A stretch of 64,000 nt of DNA from assembly GCA_013215605.1 (NCBI GenBank), contig JABSQW010000025.1:3978-67977 (forward strand). Direction: 5' to 3'. Shown one piece after another: positions 62,476-64,000 of this stretch; the first letter of the stretch is position 1; the number at the start of each line of letters is the position of its first letter. A model generated the notes under the pieces. The model saw only the letters and a list, made by a program, of their open reading frames with translations, was not told the origin of the DNA and did no database searches. The translations under genes were made by a program, and so were the position numbers. The stretch is from Myxococcales bacterium (lineage in GTDB: Bacteria; Myxococcota_A; UBA9160; SMWR01).

Positions 62476-64000
62476 ATGCTGCCCCTCTCTCCGAACGCTC
62501 TTCGCGTGCTGGAGGCGCGTTACCTGCGAAGGGACGCGGCGGGCAAGCGGATCGAGGATTTCGAGGGGTTGTGCATCCGGGTGGCCGACGCCGTGGCCGC
62601 CGCCGAGGACGAGTTCGGGGGTGACTCGGAGTCCACTTCGGAGCGGTATCGCAACCTGCTGTCGAGCCGCGAGTTCCTGCCGAACAGCCCCACCTTGATG
62701 AACGCGGGCACCGACGCGGGTCAGCTCTCGGCGTGCTTCGTCATCCCTGTCGACGACAGCCTGGACGGGATCTTCGAAGCGGTGCGGCGTATGGCGGTGA
62801 TCCACCAGTCGGGCGGCGGTACCGGCTTTGCGTTCTCGCGGCTGCGCCCAGCCGGCGACCCGGTGTCCGATACGTCGGGCGTGGCGGCGGGTCCGATGGC
62901 CTTTCTCGACGTATTCGACAAGGCGGCGGGAGTGATCGTTCAGGGCGGCAAACGCCGCGGCGCGAACATGGGCGTGATCCGAATCGACCACCCGGACGTC
63001 GAGGCCTTCATCGCCTCGAAGGCAGCTCACGACGCAGGGCTATCGAATTTCAACCTGTCCGTCGGCGCGACGGACGCCTTCTTCGCAGCGGCGGGGCGGG
63101 GTGAGTCCTTCGACCTGGTCAATCCGCGAGGCGAAAAGGTGGCGCGCAGTGTGTCGGCGAGCGGGCTGCTCGATGCGATCTCGAAGGCCGCGTGGGAGTG
63201 CGGCGACCCGGGAATCGTCTTTCTCGACGCAATGGCGTACGACCACCCGACGCCGGGTCAGGGCCCCCTCGAGGCGACCAACCCCTGTGGCGAGCTGCCG
63301 CTGCTCCCCAACGAGAGCTGCAATCTCGGTTCGATTCGTCTCGACCTGTTCGCGCGCGACGGGGGCATCGACTGGGAGCGCCTCGATGGCGTGGTGGACC
63401 TCGCGGTGCGATTTCTCGACGACGTGATCGAAGTCAATCGCTATCCGTTCGAGGAGATCGCGAAGCGGACCCGCGAGAATCGCAAGATCGGCCTCGGCGT
63501 AATGGGCTTCGCGGACCTGCTCGTCGACCTCGGGATTCCCTACGACTCGCGCGAGAGTCTCGCGATGGCGGATCAGGTGATGGGTCGGATCCGGCGCCGC
63601 GCCGAGTTCGCCTCGAGGGCTCTCGCAAGCGAGCGCTCCGTCTTCCCGGCCTGGCCGACGTCGACGCTGGCGCGTCGTGGGTGTGTGCAGCGCAACGCCA
63701 CGCTGACGTCGATCGCTCCGACGGGAACGCTCTCGATCCTCGCCGACTGCTCGAGCGGCATCGAGCCCTACTTCGCTCTCTCCTACGTGCGCCACGTGCT
63801 CGACGGTGCCGAGCTGCCGGAGACGACACCGCGTCTCGAGCGCGCGCTGCGCAAGGCCGGCGCGTGGAGCGAGGACCTTGCAGCAGAGGTCCGCGCCACC
63901 GGCAGGCTGCGCGGTCTGTCGGGGGTGCCCGACGCCGTGGCGCGGCTGTTTCCGACGGCCGCCGACATCGCGCCCGAGGCGCACCTCGATGTCCAGCAGG
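62476..64000 (+). CDS. nrdJ: Class II (adenosylcobalamin-dependent) ribonucleotide reductase, 5' part; continues beyond the window
   Basis: MLPLSPNALRVLEARYL.., SPTLMNAG..LSACFV, HQSGGGTGFAFSRLRP, GGKRRGANM and TNPCGELPLLPNESCNLGS. The frame is open to base 64000. An alternative ATG lies at 62455. Confidence 0.9.
   Translation, partial: MLPLSPNALRVLEARYLRRDAAGKRIEDFEGLCIRVADAVAAAEDEFGGDSESTSERYRNLLSSREFLPNSPTLMNAGTDAGQLSACFVIPVDDSLDGIFEAVRRMAVIHQSGGGTGFAFSRLRPAGDPVSDTSGVAAGPMAFLDVFDKAAGVIVQGGKRRGANMGVIRIDHPDVEAFIASKAAHDAGLSNFNLSVGATDAFFAAAGRGESFDLVNPRGEKVARSVSASGLLDAISKAAWECGDPGIVFLDAMAYDHPTPGQGPLEATNPCGELPLLPNESCNLGSIRLDLFARDGGIDWERLDGVVDLAVRFLDDVIEVNRYPFEEIAKRTRENRKIGLGVMGFADLLVDLGIPYDSRESLAMADQVMGRIRRRAEFASRALASERSVFPAWPTSTLARRGCVQRNATLTSIAPTGTLSILADCSSGIEPYFALSYVRHVLDGAELPETTPRLERALRKAGAWSEDLAAEVRATGRLRGLSGVPDAVARLFPTAADIAPEAHLDVQQ

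Noticed and set aside
1-64000. Idea that the scattered WYL regulator, alkaline-phosphatase-superfamily proteins (5683-7785, 38170-39606), SNF2 helicase, PD-(D/E)XK nuclease and ParA-like ATPase form a BREX/DISARM/Zorya-like defence island. I also looked for CRISPR arrays, integrases, transposases, toxin-antitoxin pairs and reverse transcriptases.
   Set aside because: The genes are 5-20 kb apart and interleaved with housekeeping metabolism. The phosphatase-fold proteins look like sulfatase/NPP enzymes with signal or TM segments rather than PglZ. No methyltransferase, PLD nuclease or MotAB-like partner is present, and I saw no repeat-spacer arrays or mobility genes.

Overview
This is a high-GC bacterial chromosomal segment (roughly 68-70% G+C by eye) that is almost entirely coding. 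I can support about 60 protein-coding genes, one gene interrupted by an in-frame stop, one clear intrinsic terminator and a few candidate regulatory repeats. I recognised no rRNA, tRNA, CRISPR array, transposase, integrase or phage gene. Because of the GC content, the six-frame track is full of long Arg/Pro/Ala/Gly-rich shadow ORFs. I chose genes by recognisable family motifs, third-codon-position GC and tight start/stop coupling (many ATGA/GTGA overlaps). Several starts were moved inward from the track's longest ORF. The content looks like core, CoA-ester and lipid metabolism of a diderm-type bacterium (LpxL-like acyltransferase, lipobox signal peptides). In order, the window holds:
- tandem family III CoA-transferases, kynA plus a kynureninase-like gene, a GHMP sugar kinase, a membrane sulfatase-fold protein and a P450;
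- many SDRs, an amidohydrolase-2, a GT2-LpxL fusion, heme A synthase and an ABC-2 exporter;
- citrate synthase, SUI1/YciH and an M16 peptidase pair;
- efp, patatin and a WYL regulator;
- a ParA-like/acyltransferase/SDR-like operon, then etfBA and two MBL hydrolases (one is glyoxalase II);
- a Cas4-like nuclease and a cysE-mrp-ccmH-like-pduO operon;
- a SWIM-SNF2 helicase directly behind meaB and an ethylmalonyl-CoA-mutase-like B12 mutase;
- srkA, nadA and a thiolase/DUF35 pair;
- an operon of mesaconyl-CoA-hydratase-like gene, SucCD-type CoA ligase, mini-ferredoxin, malyl-CoA lyase and a GT-like gene;
- the 5' part of a class II (B12) ribonucleotide reductase.
I did not find a self-evident novel defence or mobile system. 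The candidates most worth follow-up are:
- the ParA-like/acyltransferase/degenerate-SDR module;
- the CoA-ligase/ferredoxin/malyl-CoA-lyase operon;
- a structured 300-nt gene-free interval with the only textbook terminator, upstream of etfBA;
- an amber-interrupted epimerase gene;
- meaB homology running past its first canonical start into the mutase stop;
- the patatin-WYL pair with an inverted repeat;
- the SWIM-SNF2 helicase coupled to B12 genes.
All family calls come from motif recognition by eye, with no database search, so the subfamily names are hypotheses.
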